Below the pieces are notes generated by a model. The model searched no databases. It saw nothing but the letters and a program-made list of their open reading frames with translations, and was not told where the DNA came from. 64,000 nt of DNA. Origin: Mobula hypostoma. Its lineage: Eukaryota. Positions 26,463-39,407 of this stretch are shown piece by piece; the first letter of the stretch is position 1, and the number at the start of each line of letters is the position of its first letter. The translations under genes and the position numbers were made by a program. The DNA lies in contig NC_086108.1 of the NCBI RefSeq assembly GCF_963921235.1, positions 88,538,001 to 88,602,000 of the forward strand, given 5' to 3'.

Positions 26463-27296
26463 TGTTACGAGAATACACATAAAATTAAGATGTTTGCTGG
26501 CCTGGGCTAGCATCAGTGGCATCAGCAGTTGGTCTGCCACCTGCCCTCAGGGGAAGGAGAGATAAGGAACAATGGAGCAGCGTCTGGAGATGTGTAATGA
26601 AGGGATGTGGGAGGGAGAGCTGTCTGGAGCGGCTCCCCCCTTTGAACCCTGAACTGTTTGAAGTGATGGACAGGCGATACCCCAGCAGGGGGATAAAAAG
26701 GGACAGGTTCGCTAAGACAGACACACACGCCACCCGAGGTAACGAGACCCTGGAAGCGGTACGCTTCTCACGAGTGGGTGGAAAGGTACGATCAGCGGGA
26801 ACCCGGTGTGTGTCCGCCCTTGCCTGGGTGCCGGGTTCACTGCAGAGGATCGACCGCATCTGGAGGAGGGGTCACATTCGGTGACCTCAGGTGACATCAC
26901 CAAGGACCCGCCCAAATGCTGTTTGTGAGCCATCTCGCTGGTCTGTGAGTGAAGCTGTGCTGAATGATGAGTTGTTCTTATTCTATGTCTCTCTTCCCCC
27001 ACGTTGTCCACCGCCATGGCAACGATTACTGCGAACTGAACTACTAAACTGGACTGAACTTTGAGTCATTTTGAAATTGGTCATTTACCCCTAGACAACG
27101 ATAGAGCTTGATTGATGCTGTTATCTTAATTCTGTGCACATGTGTGTTTATCATCACTGAACTGTTGCATTTATTATCCTTTCGATTACTGTGTTGCTTG
27201 TTTCTGTAATAAAACTTTCTTAGTTCTAGTACTCCAGACTCCAACTGAGTGATCCATTTCTGCTGGTTTGGCAACCCAGTTACGGGGTACGTAACA
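26463..27296 (+). mobile_element. Solo LTR (834 bp) inserted in the Penelope RT
   Basis: TGTTACG...CGTAACA termini; 4-bp TSD ATAC (26459-26462 and 27297-27300); TATA-like GATAAAA near 26692 and AATAAA near 27208. Confidence 0.93.
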
Positions 27297-29066
27297 ATAC
27301 CTTGACACGGTTTTATCCCCCCTTGTTCAATCTCTTCCCACCTATGTTCGTGACACTTCTCACGCTCTGAATTTTTTCAAAGATTTAAATTTCCCTGGCC
27401 CCCACCGCTTTTTTTCACCATGGATGTCCAGTCCCTATATACTCATCCCCCACCAGGAAGGTCTCAAAGCTCGCCGCTTCTTTTTGGATTCCAGACCTCT
27501 ATCAACACTCTCCTCCACCTAGCGGAATTAGTCCTTACTCTTAATAATTTCTCCTTTGGCTCCTCCCACTTCCTTCAAACTAAAGGTGTAGCCATGGGCA
27601 CCTGTATGGGTCCCAGCTAGGCCTGCCTTTTTGTTGGCTTTGTGGGACAGTCTATGTTCCAAGCCTATACTGGTATCCTTCCCCCACTTTTCTTTCGCTA
27701 CATCAACGAACGCATTGGTGCTGCTTCCTGCACGCATGCTGAGCTCATTGACTTCATTAACTTTGCCTCCAACTTTCACCCTGCCCTCAAGTTTACCTGG
27801 TCCATTTCCGACACCTCCCTCCCCTTTCTTGATCTTTCTGTCTCTATTTCTGGAGACAGCCTATCTACTGATGTCTACTATAAGCCTACGATCTCTCACA
27901 GCTACCTGGACTATTCCTCATCTCACCCTGTCTCTTGCAAAAATGCCACTCCCTTCTCGCAATTCCTCTGTCTCTGCCGCATCTGCTCTCAGGATGAGGC
28001 TTTTCATTCCAGGACGAAGGAGATGCCCTCCTTTTTTAAAGAAAGGGGCTTCCCTTCCTCCACCATCAACTCTGCTCTCAAATGCATCCCTCCCATTTCA
28101 CGCACATCTGCTCTCACTCCATCCTCCCGCCACCCCACTAGGAATAGGGTTCCCCTTGTCCTCACCTACCACCCCACCAGCCTCCGGGTCCAACATATAA
28201 TTCTCTGTAATTTCTGCCACCTCCAACGGGATCCCACCACTAAGCACATCTTTCCCTCCCCCCGACTTTCTGCTTTCCGCAGGTATCGCTCCCTTTGCGA
28301 CTCCCTTGTCCATTCGTCCCCCCCATCCTTTCCCACCGATCTCCCTCCTGGCACTTATCCTTGTAAGCGGAACAAGTGCTACACATGCCCTTACACTTCC
28401 TCCCTTACCACCATTCAGGGCCCCAGACAGTCCTTCCAGGTGAGGTGACACTTCACCTGTGAGTTGGCTGGCATGATACACTGCACCCAGTGCTCCTGAT
28501 GCGGCCTTCTATATATTGGCAAGACACGACGCAGGCTGGGAGACCATTTCGCTGAACACCTACACTCTGTCCGCCAGAGAAAGCAGGATCTCCCAGTGGC
28601 CACACATTTTAATTCCACGTCCCATTCCCATTCTGATATGTCTATCCTCGGCCTCCTCTACTGTCAAGATGAAGCCACACTCAGGTTGGAGGAACAACAC
28701 CTTATATTCCTTCTGGGTAGCCTCCAACCTGATGGCGTGAACATTGACCTCTAACTTCCGTTAATGCCCCTCCTCCCCTTTGTACCCCATCCTTTATTTA
28801 TTTATTTATTACTAATATTTTTTTTCCTTTCCCCCTTTTTTCCTCTCCTTTTTCTCCCTCTGTCCCTCTCAGTATACTCCTTGCCCATCCTCTGGGCTTC
28901 CCCCCTCCCCATTTCTTTCTCCCTAGGCCTCCTGCCTCATGATCCTCTCGTATCCCTTTTGCCAATCAACTTTCCAGCTCTTAGCTCCATCCCTCCTCCT
29001 CCTGTCTTCTATCATTTCGGATCTCCCCCTCCCACTTTCAAATCTCTTACTATCTCTTCTTTCAGT

Positions 29067-29104
29067 TAGTCCTGACGAAGGGTCTCGGCCTGAAACGTCG
29101 ACTG
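29067..29104 (+). ncRNA. Minimal type I hammerhead ribozyme motif in the Penelope terminal repeat
   Basis: TAGTC-CTGACGA-A-GGGTC(TC)GGCCT-GAAAC-GTC^GACTG: complete CUGAnGA/GAAA core, stem II hairpin, stem I TAGTC:GACTG, GUC cleavage triplet at 29097-29099. Confidence 0.8.
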
Positions 29105-29224
29105 TACCTCTTCCTAGAGATGCTGCCTGGCCTGCTGCGTCCACCAGCATTTTGTGTGTGCGCTCATTATGCCATACTTATCTGGTATTGATATCCTTCG
29201 TCACTCTTTGGCCCACTTCCTTAG

Positions 29225-30540
29225 TGGATCAAGTTCCTTCTGTAATCTCGGGTAACCATCTTAACTATCAACAACACCTTTTAGTTTTGCGTCATCCCCA
29301 AAATTACTGTTCAAGCCTTGTGCATCTGCATCCAAATCATCAATATAAATAAAGGATAAAAAGGGTCCCACCACTGACCCCTGCAGCACACCACTAGTCG
29401 CCAGACTTCGTTCTGAGAAACAACCTTCAACCACCGCTCCCTGCTCCCTACCTCTGAGCCAATTTCGAGAACATCTAACTAGTTCTCCTTGGATTCCAGA
29501 GAATCCAACCTTCTTGGCTAGTCTACCATGTAGTTGAAGCCCAAATAGATGGCATTCACTACCTTTCCCTCTCATCTATCCTTTTTTTGTTACCTCTTCA
29601 AAGTACTCCAAAACTTTCAATACACACAAAGCCTTGCTGACTCATAATCGGACTGTGCCTATCCAAATGCTGATAGATCCTGTCCTTCAGAATTTCCTAG
29701 CTTCTCATGGTGATGTCTAACTGACCAGCCTATAGTTCCCCGGCTTGTCCTAGGTCGCTTTCTACCTTCCAGTCATTGGGAACTTTGAAAGTGGCTAACG
29801 ATGAAGCAAGTGTATCCACAAGAGCCTCTGCATATACATCTCTAGCCTCCCTCAAAGTCCAAGAATGCACTTGGTCAGGACCTGGGGATTTATCTATCTT
29901 AATGCACTTTAAAACAGTAAATACCTCCTCCTTGGTCATATGGATGTTTTCCCAAACATTCCACTTATTTCCCTTATCTCTTGAGCAATCATGATTTTCA
30001 CCTCAGGAAACACAGGGAGAAATGTTTGTTAAAAATCCCACCCAGCTCTTGTGGCTTGAGGTAGAGGTGGCCCTGCTGATCTCTAAAGGGACCTACTGTC
30101 TTTCTGGTCACCCTCTTAATATAGCCATTGAATGTCTTTGGATTTCCTTTACTTTACCTGCCAGATCCACCTTACATCCCCTCGTTGCCACCCCCACTCC
30201 ACCGATTTTCCTCTTCAAAGTATTCCTAATCATTTTATGTCATCAAGGGCCTCACTTGTACCTGACCTCCTAAACAAACCCAATGCACATTTCCTTTTTC
30301 TTGACCAGAGCCTCAATATCCCTCATCAGTTAAGGTTCCCTGAACTTGCTGGGTTTGCCCTTTATCCTCGATTGCTATCTAATCCTTTCCCTTTGTACAT
30401 GCCACCACAATTAACCTCTGCTAGGTCCTACCTAAATCCCCTAAAATTAGCCCTGCTCCAGTTTAGGATCCTTATGTGGACCTGTCCTATCCTTTTCTAA
30501 CATGATCTTAAAACTAATAACATCATATTCACCAGAGTCC
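29225..30540 (-). mobile_element. Old CR1 fragment
   Basis: KIDKSPGPDQVH, SGVLQGSVVGP. Confidence 0.8.
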
Positions 30541-31289
30541 AATTGCTTGCTGTGTAAAGATAATTGTGTTGGAGAGATCAGAATATTCTGTTTTACTTGA
30601 ATAGGAATTGAGTCATCAAAGAAAATTTCTAAACTTTGGTCCAAATATACAGAAGGAGTGGCAGAAACAAATGACACCAGCAGAGCAGCTCGGTGCCCCA
30701 GGCTATAAGAAGTTCTTTTGATAACATATCACATATTGGTTAAGAAGCTCACAGTAGCAACAACCAAGGCAGGGTACAATGATTGCATATAGCCTGACTG
30801 AACCTCTGTTCTGGGTCAATTAGGAATGGGAATTACAATTCCAAGGTTGCCAAAGACAGCCACACCTACTGTCATGTTACAAGTTGGCACCAGAGGTTCT
30901 TGTTGGGTGGTGCTGAATTATGACAGGCTCAAGGTATCAGAGGTTATACTCATTTAGGACTTGAAGTTGAATGACAGAACAGCAACAGCTGTGAGAGCCA
31001 ATGCTGGAGAAGGAAATTTGGGCGTGAGCAACATTCTTCATGGTTGAGATTTCCTTGGGATTAAGTAGGTAGGCAAAGTGAAGGGATTATGAATGAATTC
31101 CATACTGGTTTCATCAAATATGGTAAAGATGATGGAGGAGATGTGGCGACTGCATTGGATCAGAGAAAAAAAAAATGCCAGAGCACAGTTCCAGAAATGT
31201 GAGGAGCAAGGGAACAGAAGGTCAGTGGAACGATGGCAAAGGCAAGCTGGTACAGAAAGCATGGATGGCAATCACATGCAACTTCTCCA

Positions 31290-33680
31290 CGGATATGCTG
31301 TATAGCTTTGTAGATCCAGGTCCAGAGCTCCCTAAAAATATCAACACACGTCAAAGGGAGGTGAAAAAGGCATATGCCATGCTTGCCTTCATTGGTTAGG
31401 GCAGAATATATATATATATATATGAATTATGCTGCAACTTTACAAGCCACTTGTTAGGCGACATTGGGATATTGTGTGCAGTTCTGGTTGCCGCATTATA
31501 GAATGTATGTGTTTGTGCTGCAGAGAGTGCAGAAGTGATTGATCAAGATATTGCCTGGATTGGAGGACCTTTGTGATGGGGCAAAGTGGACTAAGGGTTG
31601 ATTTGGTAGAAGTATGTAAGATTATGAGAGGCATAGATGTGGTAGATAGTCAGAATGATTTCTTTCCTATGATAGGGGTATCAAAACATAGGTTTAAGAA
31701 GGGGTTCTCAAGCTTTTTTATGCCATGCAACAACAGTATTAAGCAAGGAGTCTGTGGACCCTAGATTGGGAAGTCCTGCCTGAAGGTAAGAGGACGAAGA
31801 TTTAAAGGGGAAAAAAAGGGCATGGTTTCTTTTTACAGAATGGTTGATACCTGGAATGTGCTGCCAGAGGAGGTGGTGGAATAAAGTACATCTACAATGC
31901 TTAAAAATATTAAAGAGATACAAATAGGGAAGATATGAAAGGATATAGTCCTAATGTGGGCAAATGTGATTAGTATAGAGGGGCAGAGTGGTCAGCGGGG
32001 ATGTAGTGAACTGAAGGGCCTGTTTCTGTGCTATATAACTCTGATTCTATGGCACTTCTTCCAGGGATTTTGAGCAACTGATGATAGAAGATGATTTTTC
32101 ACAAGTTGTGGGGAGGGGGAGGGAGTATTGGGGTGTGGTGGGTGGAGTCTGGATTGCTCTGCTTGAAGACGTGGTGGATGCGGATACTGTCACGGCACTT
32201 ACGAAGCATGTAGACAAGCACTTGAATCGTCATAAAGGTAACAGACCAACTATTTGCTATTAGCTATTTTAGCTATTTCAACCCTGGGAAAAAGCCTCTG
32301 ACTATCCACACAATCAATGCCTCTCATCATCTTGTACACCTCTATCAGGTCACCTCTCATCCTCCATCTCTCCAAGTATAAAAGGCCAAGTTCACTCAAT
32401 CTATTCTCATAAGGCATGCTCCCCAATCCAGGCAACATCCTTGTAAATCTCTGCAATCTCTCTATATTATCTACATCCTTCCTGTAGTGAGGTGACCAGA
32501 ATTAAACTCAGTACTCCAAATGGAGTCTGACCAAGGTCTTATATAGCTGTAACATTACCTTACGGCTCTTGAACTTAATCCCATGGCTGATGAAGGCCAA
32601 CAAACCATATGTCTTCTTAATAATACTGTCAACCTACATAGCAGCTTTGAGTGTCAGACCCCAAGATCTCTTAGATCCTCAACACTGCCAAGAGTCTTAC
32701 CATTAATATTATATTCTATCTTCAAATTTGACCTACCAAAATGAACCACTTCACACTTATCTAGGTTAAAGTCCATCTGCCACTTCTCAACCCAGTTCTG
32801 CATCCTATCAATGTCCCACTGTAGCCTTTGACAACCCTGCAGACTATCCACACCACCAACAACTTTCTGTCATCAGCAAACTTATTAACCCATCCTTCTA
32901 CTTCTTGATCCAGGTCATTTATAAAAAAAATCACAAAGAGAATGGGTCCCAGAACAGATCCTGTGGAACACCACAGGCTACTGACCTCCATGTAGAGTAC
33001 GAACCATCTACAACCGCCCCCTGCCTTCCGTGGGCAAGTCAATTCTGGATCCACAAAGCAAGGTCTCCTTGGATTCCACGCTTCCTGACTTTCTGAATGA
33101 GCCTCGCATGGGGAACCTTATCAAATGCCTTACTGAAACCCATATATACTACATCCACTGCTCCACCTTCATCATTGTGTTTTGTTACATCTTCAAAGAA
33201 TTTAATCAGGTTTGTAAGGCATGACCTGCCCTTGACAAAACCATGCTGACTATCCCTAATCAGATGATGTTTCTCCAAATGCTCATAAATCCTGCCCCTC
33301 AGGATCTTCTCCAACAGCTTGCCCACCACTGAAGTCAGACTCACTGGTTTATAATTTCCTGGGTTATCCCTACTCCCTTTCTTGAACACGAGGACAACAT
33401 TTGCAACCCTCCAATTCTCCGGTACTTCTCCCGTCCCTATTGATGGTGCAAGGATCATCGCAAGAAGCTCAGCAATCTTTTCCTCGCTTCCCACCGTAGC
33501 CTGGGGTATATCTCATCCAGTCCCAGTGACTTATCTAACTTAATGCTTTTCAAAAGCTCCAGCACATTCTCTTTCTTAATGTCTATAAGCTCAAGCGGTT
33601 CGGTTGGCTGTAAGTCATCCCCACAATTGCCAAAGTGCTTTTCACTGGTGAATACTGAAGCAAATTATTCATTAAGTACC
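31290..33680. mobile_element. CR1 fragments (plus about 31290-32050; minus about 32265-33680)
   Basis: VPENWRVANVV, NYKPVSLTSVVGK, SQHGFVKGRSCLTNL in ORF 33039..33494. Confidence 0.88.
31699..31778. mobile_element. Tiny hAT-like MITE; partial inverted relative at 57638-57690
   Basis: AGGGGTTCTCAA...TTGGGAAGTCCTG ends; no convincing TSD. Confidence 0.45.
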
Positions 33681-36379
33681 TCATTCAGAATTGATTATGC
33701 TTGTTTGTTTTTAAAAATAATTACCTATATACAGTAATTGTTCAGTGAGTTTTATAGTGGCTGCAGTTTTCTTTATATTTTTCTGGAAACTTCTCATCTT
33801 CAGTGCTTGGCATTGCATTATTTGAACAGAGTATATTTTTATTGGTTATCTGTTATAAATGGAATTTCAATGGAATTAGTGGTCTGGCAAAAGGAAGATC
33901 AGACTTCCTTGGTCTGCTCTCTTTGTTCTTTCCCCTGCCACTCAGCTCTCTTCCCTTTCCCTATATTTTCTTTGTTATTGTAATACTTAATAAAATGATT
34001 GTAAGCAATAAGCTTTAGACATCATTCAAACTGGGGGCTTGTCCGGGATATGAACAAAATTGGAGCTTATTGATTGATTAATTATCGATCTCATTGGCTA
34101 CTACACTTTTGATTGACTTGTGTGGGGAAACCAGCAGCAATGGATCTTGGGGCATTTCTGGCGTCACCAGACCCTAAGGCATTGGGGGATGCCAGAAAGG
34201 GTGACTTGTTGGCCATTGTTAAGGAGCTGGGACTTGCTGCGGTAAAATGGGATATGAAAAAGGTACAGATTCAGAGGAGAATAGCTGAGCACTATATTTG
34301 TTTGAGGAAGTTTAAAGAGGGGGTGTTAGAAAGGTTTACTGAAAGTAAGTTCAATGATCTTGAGCTCTAGTACAAGTTAAACTAAAGATGGAAGCTGAGT
34401 TAAAACAAAAACAGCTCAAGGCTGAGTTAAAACAAAAACTGTTCGAAACTGAGTTAAGAGGAAAACAGCTTGAGGCCAAGGAAACAGAAAAACAGAGGTG
34501 GTTTGCAGCTGAAGAAGCAGAAAAACAGAGGGAAGAAGCAGGAAAACAGAAGGAGGAAGCAGAAGTATAAAGGAGTTAAAGAAGATAGAGAAGTTGCAGC
34601 AAAGGGGTCTAGTGTTTCACTCTGCTGATAAGTTTTTTGCCAGTCGGGAAGTTAAATTGGTCCCTCCATTTGATAAAATTGAGGTTGCTAAATACTTTCA
34701 GCATTTTGAGAAAGTGGCTCAGAGACTGAAGTGGCCAAAAGAAAGTTAGTCCCTCTTGTTAAAGTCTATTTAAGGGTGAGGCTCAACAAGCTCATTCTGC
34801 CCTATCAATTGAAGTTGCAGTTAAATATGAGATTGTGAAACAGGCTGTGCTTAAAGCCTATGAACTGATTCCAGAAGCCTATAGGCAAATGTTTAGGAAT
34901 TTGAAGACTCGTGGAATTTGCTTATGAGAAATCTGTGTGTTTTGAAAGATGGTGCACATCTAAAAATGTGGATGATAATTTTGAGAAACTGAAAGAGTTA
35001 ATTTTAATTGAAGAATTTAAAAGGTGCATCCATGATGATATAAAGGCATATTTAGATGAAAAGGATGCTGCCACTTTACAAGAATCTGCTAAATTAGCAG
35101 ATGAGTTTGCCTTAACCCACAAGTTTAAGTTTACTCTAAGTAAGACCTTCCAAATGAGTAGCATGGATAGTCAGGGTAAACCAGAAATCAAATCTGGATC
35201 TAGTGACAAAGGTAAGGATGAGGGGAAATAATTAAAGGAGAAGCCCTCTTGTCCTACTTGTCACTATTGTAGGAAACCTGGTCATGTTATGGCTAACTGT
35301 TTCCTCTGAAAAAGAAGAAGGAAAAGGAGGCAGTTCCAGATGCCTGTGTTCAAAATATTGAAACACCTGTAAACCCATGGGGTTCTGCACATTCTCATGA
35401 AGCTCTGTCAAAGACTAAAATGTCTGGTTAGGTTAGGAAAGAATTCCTTCATTTTACGTCAGATGGGTTTGTTTCAGTAAAGGAAGGGTCAACCCTGATA
35501 CCAGTGAAAATTCTGCGAGATACTGCGGCTTCTCTGTCACTAATGTTAGACAGTGTTCTAAAGTTTGGTAATGAGACTGCCACTGGTGAGGTAAATCTTA
35601 TTCGAGGTATTGGGTGCGATATTGTTCCTGTACCTCTGCACAAGGTAATTTTGAAGTCAGAGTTAGTTTCAGGACTTGTTAAAATAGGACTACAACCCAG
35701 CTTACTGGTGGAAGGTATTTCTTTGTTGTTAGGTAATGGCCTAGCAGGTGGTAAAGTTGTTCCTGCAGTGCAGCTGACAACTAAGCCAATCAATTATGAT
35801 TCAAAGATAGACCCTAACATTTATCCCTCATGTGCAGTAACTCGAGCTAGGGCCAAAAAACTTGTCAATGCAGATGGTCCTGTGCACCATGATTCGGCTA
35901 CTCATGATAGCCCAAATAGGGAATCAGATTTTGATGACTTGTCAGGGACTTTTCTGCCTTCATTGTTTCACCAGGATCCAGGTATTAAAACTGATGATAA
36001 AGATTTGTCTCTGTCTAGGAAAGAGTTTATAGAAGATCAGAGCAGAGACCCTGAGATTGAAGCTTTAAGAGAAAAAGCTCTCTCAGGCGAGGAGATTGAT
36101 AAAGTGCCAGGAGGGTTTTATTTCAAGGATAGAGTGTTAATGAGGAAGTGGAGACCACCTAATATTCCTGCAAGTGAGGAATGGGCAATTGTTCACCAGG
36201 TTGTAGTTCTGAAAGCCTATAGGAATGAGATTTTAACTTTGGTCCATAGTAAACCCTTGGGTGGACATCTAGGTGTGAAGAAAACTGTGAACAAAGTTTT
36301 AAAATAATTCTTCTGTCCTAGCTTGAGGAAAGATGTGGCAACATTTCGCAGGACTTGTAACACTTGTTAGGTTGTGGGT

Positions 36380-37601
36380 TGTTCTTGAGTAAGCTGAAAA
36401 ACAAAAACAGAAGGTTGCTGAATTGGAGTTTGATTTTGCAAGAGTATGATCTCATGTTAACACATTAAAGGCAAAGATAATGTAATTGCCAATTGTCTTT
36501 CCAGATGTTAAACATGCAATTTAATTTTAATAATGGAGTGGAATTTAATATTTGTATATGCTCCTGCAATATGTTGTATTACTTTGTAGTGTGCTGTATG
36601 ATAACCGTATATGTATTGTTCCACATTTTGTAGATTGTAGTTAAAACGTTGCTCCTGCAGATCAAAATGTTCTCTTCTTGGGGAGAGGTGTTATGTGTCC
36701 ACAGTTTTGTTTTCCTGGGAGTCCATAGTTTCATTTACTGTGAGCGTCACGTGTCCCCAGATTCATTGTACTGGGAATTCACAGTTTCGTTTCTGTGAGC
36801 GTTATCTTATGATGTATGTCAATGGTATAAAAGAGGGAGTCGAAGGAAAGAGAGAGAGAGTGAAGATCACAGACTTTGGGCTATCTGGGAACAGCTCACG
36901 GTCAAGGAGGGTAAAGTCTAATGCTTACCCAAACCCAAAGGATTGGGTTAATCAGCGGCACATTGTGTATTATGGAGACGTGTCTGTCCTTTGTATGATC
37001 CGTGGGTGTGGATTTCGTGACAGTCAGTTTGTAAAATCACTCTTCGTGGACTTTGGAACAGTATTCCTTGGCTGGGATCCTCAGTAACCGTTTTCTAGTT
37101 CGCTAACTGTAGAATCTTTGGAATTCGTCGTGATCAGCTCATTGCTGCATTGTGAATGCACAAGTCTCTCCTCTCATCTACTTCATGAATTACTGGGACT
37201 CTCTGAACTGCCACTGTAAGACTGTGTTTGAGTAAGATTTGTAAGAACGGGTTCTAAGTTTGACTGTAAGGGAGCTATAGACACATAACACTGTTAACTC
37301 CTGTTTAAGAAAGTAGTTTATTTAATTTTCTATATTTTTGAGTAGATGTAAATAAATATGGTGGTTTTAATATTAAAACCCGACTCAATTTGTCATCTCT
37401 TGCTGCTGGTACATTACAAAATCGTAACATCTGACTCTGCCTGACCTGTTGGATTTCACTAGCATTTTGTATGTGTTGTTTCCTAAACATTAAATGTCCT
37501 TGATGATCATCACCATAATAGCAATTATATCACATCCATCTACCTACATTTACACAGATCACTTTATCCACCCAGCTACAAATCCTATGGTAGGGCTCAT
37601 T
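36380..37601 (+). repeat. 1.22-kb direct duplicate of 39099-40317 (RNase H end + PPT + LTR 36689-37429 + about 170 bp host flank) inserted in the integrase
   Basis: Near-identical sequence with scattered substitutions and small indels; identical small ORF translations at 37305 and 40021. Confidence 0.95.
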
Positions 37602-39407
37602 CATCTGCGTATCATCCAGAATCCCAAGAGGCCTTAGAGAGAGATTCCATTTTACCCTCAAAACCATGACTAACACATTCTGTACTGAAAATGAGAAGGA
37701 TTGGGATGAGGGAGTTCATCTGCTTTTATTTTCAGTAAGGGAGTCAGTAAAAGGATCCCTAGGCTTTAGTCCCTTTGAACTTGTGTTTGGTCACCAGGTC
37801 CGAGGACCTTTGGCATTGTTAAAGGACCAGTGGGTTAACAATAACCTGCATGTTAATTTGCTAGATTATGTTTTGAAGTTCAAGGACAAATTGCAAAGGG
37901 CTTGCAACATAGCAAAGGAGAATTTAAAATCAGCCCAGGAAAGAATGAAAACTTGGTATGATAAACAAGCCAGAATGAGGTCATTCAAGCCAGGAAATAA
38001 AGTGCTTGTTTTGTTTCCTGTACAAACAAACCTTCTACAAGCTAAGTTTCATGGTCCCTATGAAATTGTGGCTAAAGTTAATGATGTGGACTATGTAGTC
38101 AAAACGCTAGATAGACGAAGGCCAACAAAGCTTTGTTACATAACTATGCTTAAGCTGTATCATGAAAAACCAACTGCAGCTGTGGCGGTTGCTGTAAACA
38201 GAGATGGATGTGAGCTCTCTGGAAATTTATGAGCTGATCCATCTGAGGCCTATTTTAAACCTAACATTATTTCAGCCAGATTGACAAATTTGACTATTTT
38301 GGAAAATATTGATGAGAAAATGGCTCATTTACAGCCACAGCAGCAGCAGCAGATGAAAGAGTTAATTATGAAATTTACGGATTTATTTCTGGATATCTCA
38401 AATAGAACCACAGTGGCTTTACATGATTTAGATGTGGGTAATAACAAACCTATAAAACAACAAACATATCGTATGAATATTGAAAAATGTTAACTTGCTG
38501 AACAAGAAATTGAGTATATGTTAGAAAATGATATTATTAGACTTTCTACTTCAGATTGGAGCCCATCTTGATTATGTTGTAGGACAAGGCAGGTTGGCTC
38601 CTGTTCAGGCAAAAGATCAGGCAACTTTTGAGGTTCCCATTCCAACCAGGAAAAGGGCTTTTAGAAGATTTCTGGGAATGGCCGGATATTATCGCAGGTT
38701 CTGTGAGAACTTTGCTGATGTTGTTCTCCTATTGACTAACCTCCTGAAGAAGGGTGAAAAGTTTGTTTAGACAGAACCTTGCCAGGAGGCGTTTGATAAA
38801 TTGAAAGCTATCTTATGTCACCAACCTGTGCTCAGGTCACCTGATTTTGCCAAGCCATTCTCCATAGCTCTGGATGCCAGTGATGAAGCTGCAGGAGCAG
38901 TGTTACTGCAAAAGGATGATTATGATGATGTTGACCATCCTGTGGCTTACTTTTCAAAGAAATTCAATGAGCATCAAAGAAATTACTCCACCATAGAGAA
39001 GGAATTATTATCACTTATTTTGGCTTTGCAGCATTTTGATGTGTATGTTTGCACAGCTCAGAAACCACTTGTGGTTTATACAGATCATAATCTGTTGGTG
39101 TTCTTGAGTAAGCTGAAAAACAAAAACAGAAGGTTGCTGAATTGGAGTTTGATTTTGCAAGAGTATGATCTCATGATAACACATTAAAGGCAAAGATAAT
39201 GTAATTGCCAATTGTCTTTCCAGATGTTAAACTTGCAATTTAATTTTAATAATGGAGTGGAATTTAATATTTGTATATGCTCCTGCAATATGTTGTATTA
39301 GTTTGTAGTGTGCTGTATGATAACCGTATATGTATTGTTCCACATTTTGTAGATTGTAGTTAAAATGTTGCTCCTGCAGATCAAAATTTTCTCTTCTTGG
39401 GGAGAGG

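Larger units (their letters stand above)
26110..29161 (+). mobile_element. Penelope-like retroelement (RT + GIY-YIG endonuclease, Neptune-type), 5'-truncated and decayed, interrupted by a solo LTR
   Basis: FYLLPKIHKP..PGRPI, QTKGVAMGT, FFRYI(N/D), DVYYKPT..H.YL RT motifs; CKRNKCYTC linker; CGLLYIGKTRRRLGDHFAEH GIY-YIG region (about 28500-28560); pyrimidine-rich tail ending in a hammerhead-bearing terminal repeat. Confidence 0.92.

Noticed and set aside
34388..34570. Coiled-coil host protein ORF (EAELKQK repeats)
   Set aside because: It is the charged coiled-coil region of the Gypsy gag.
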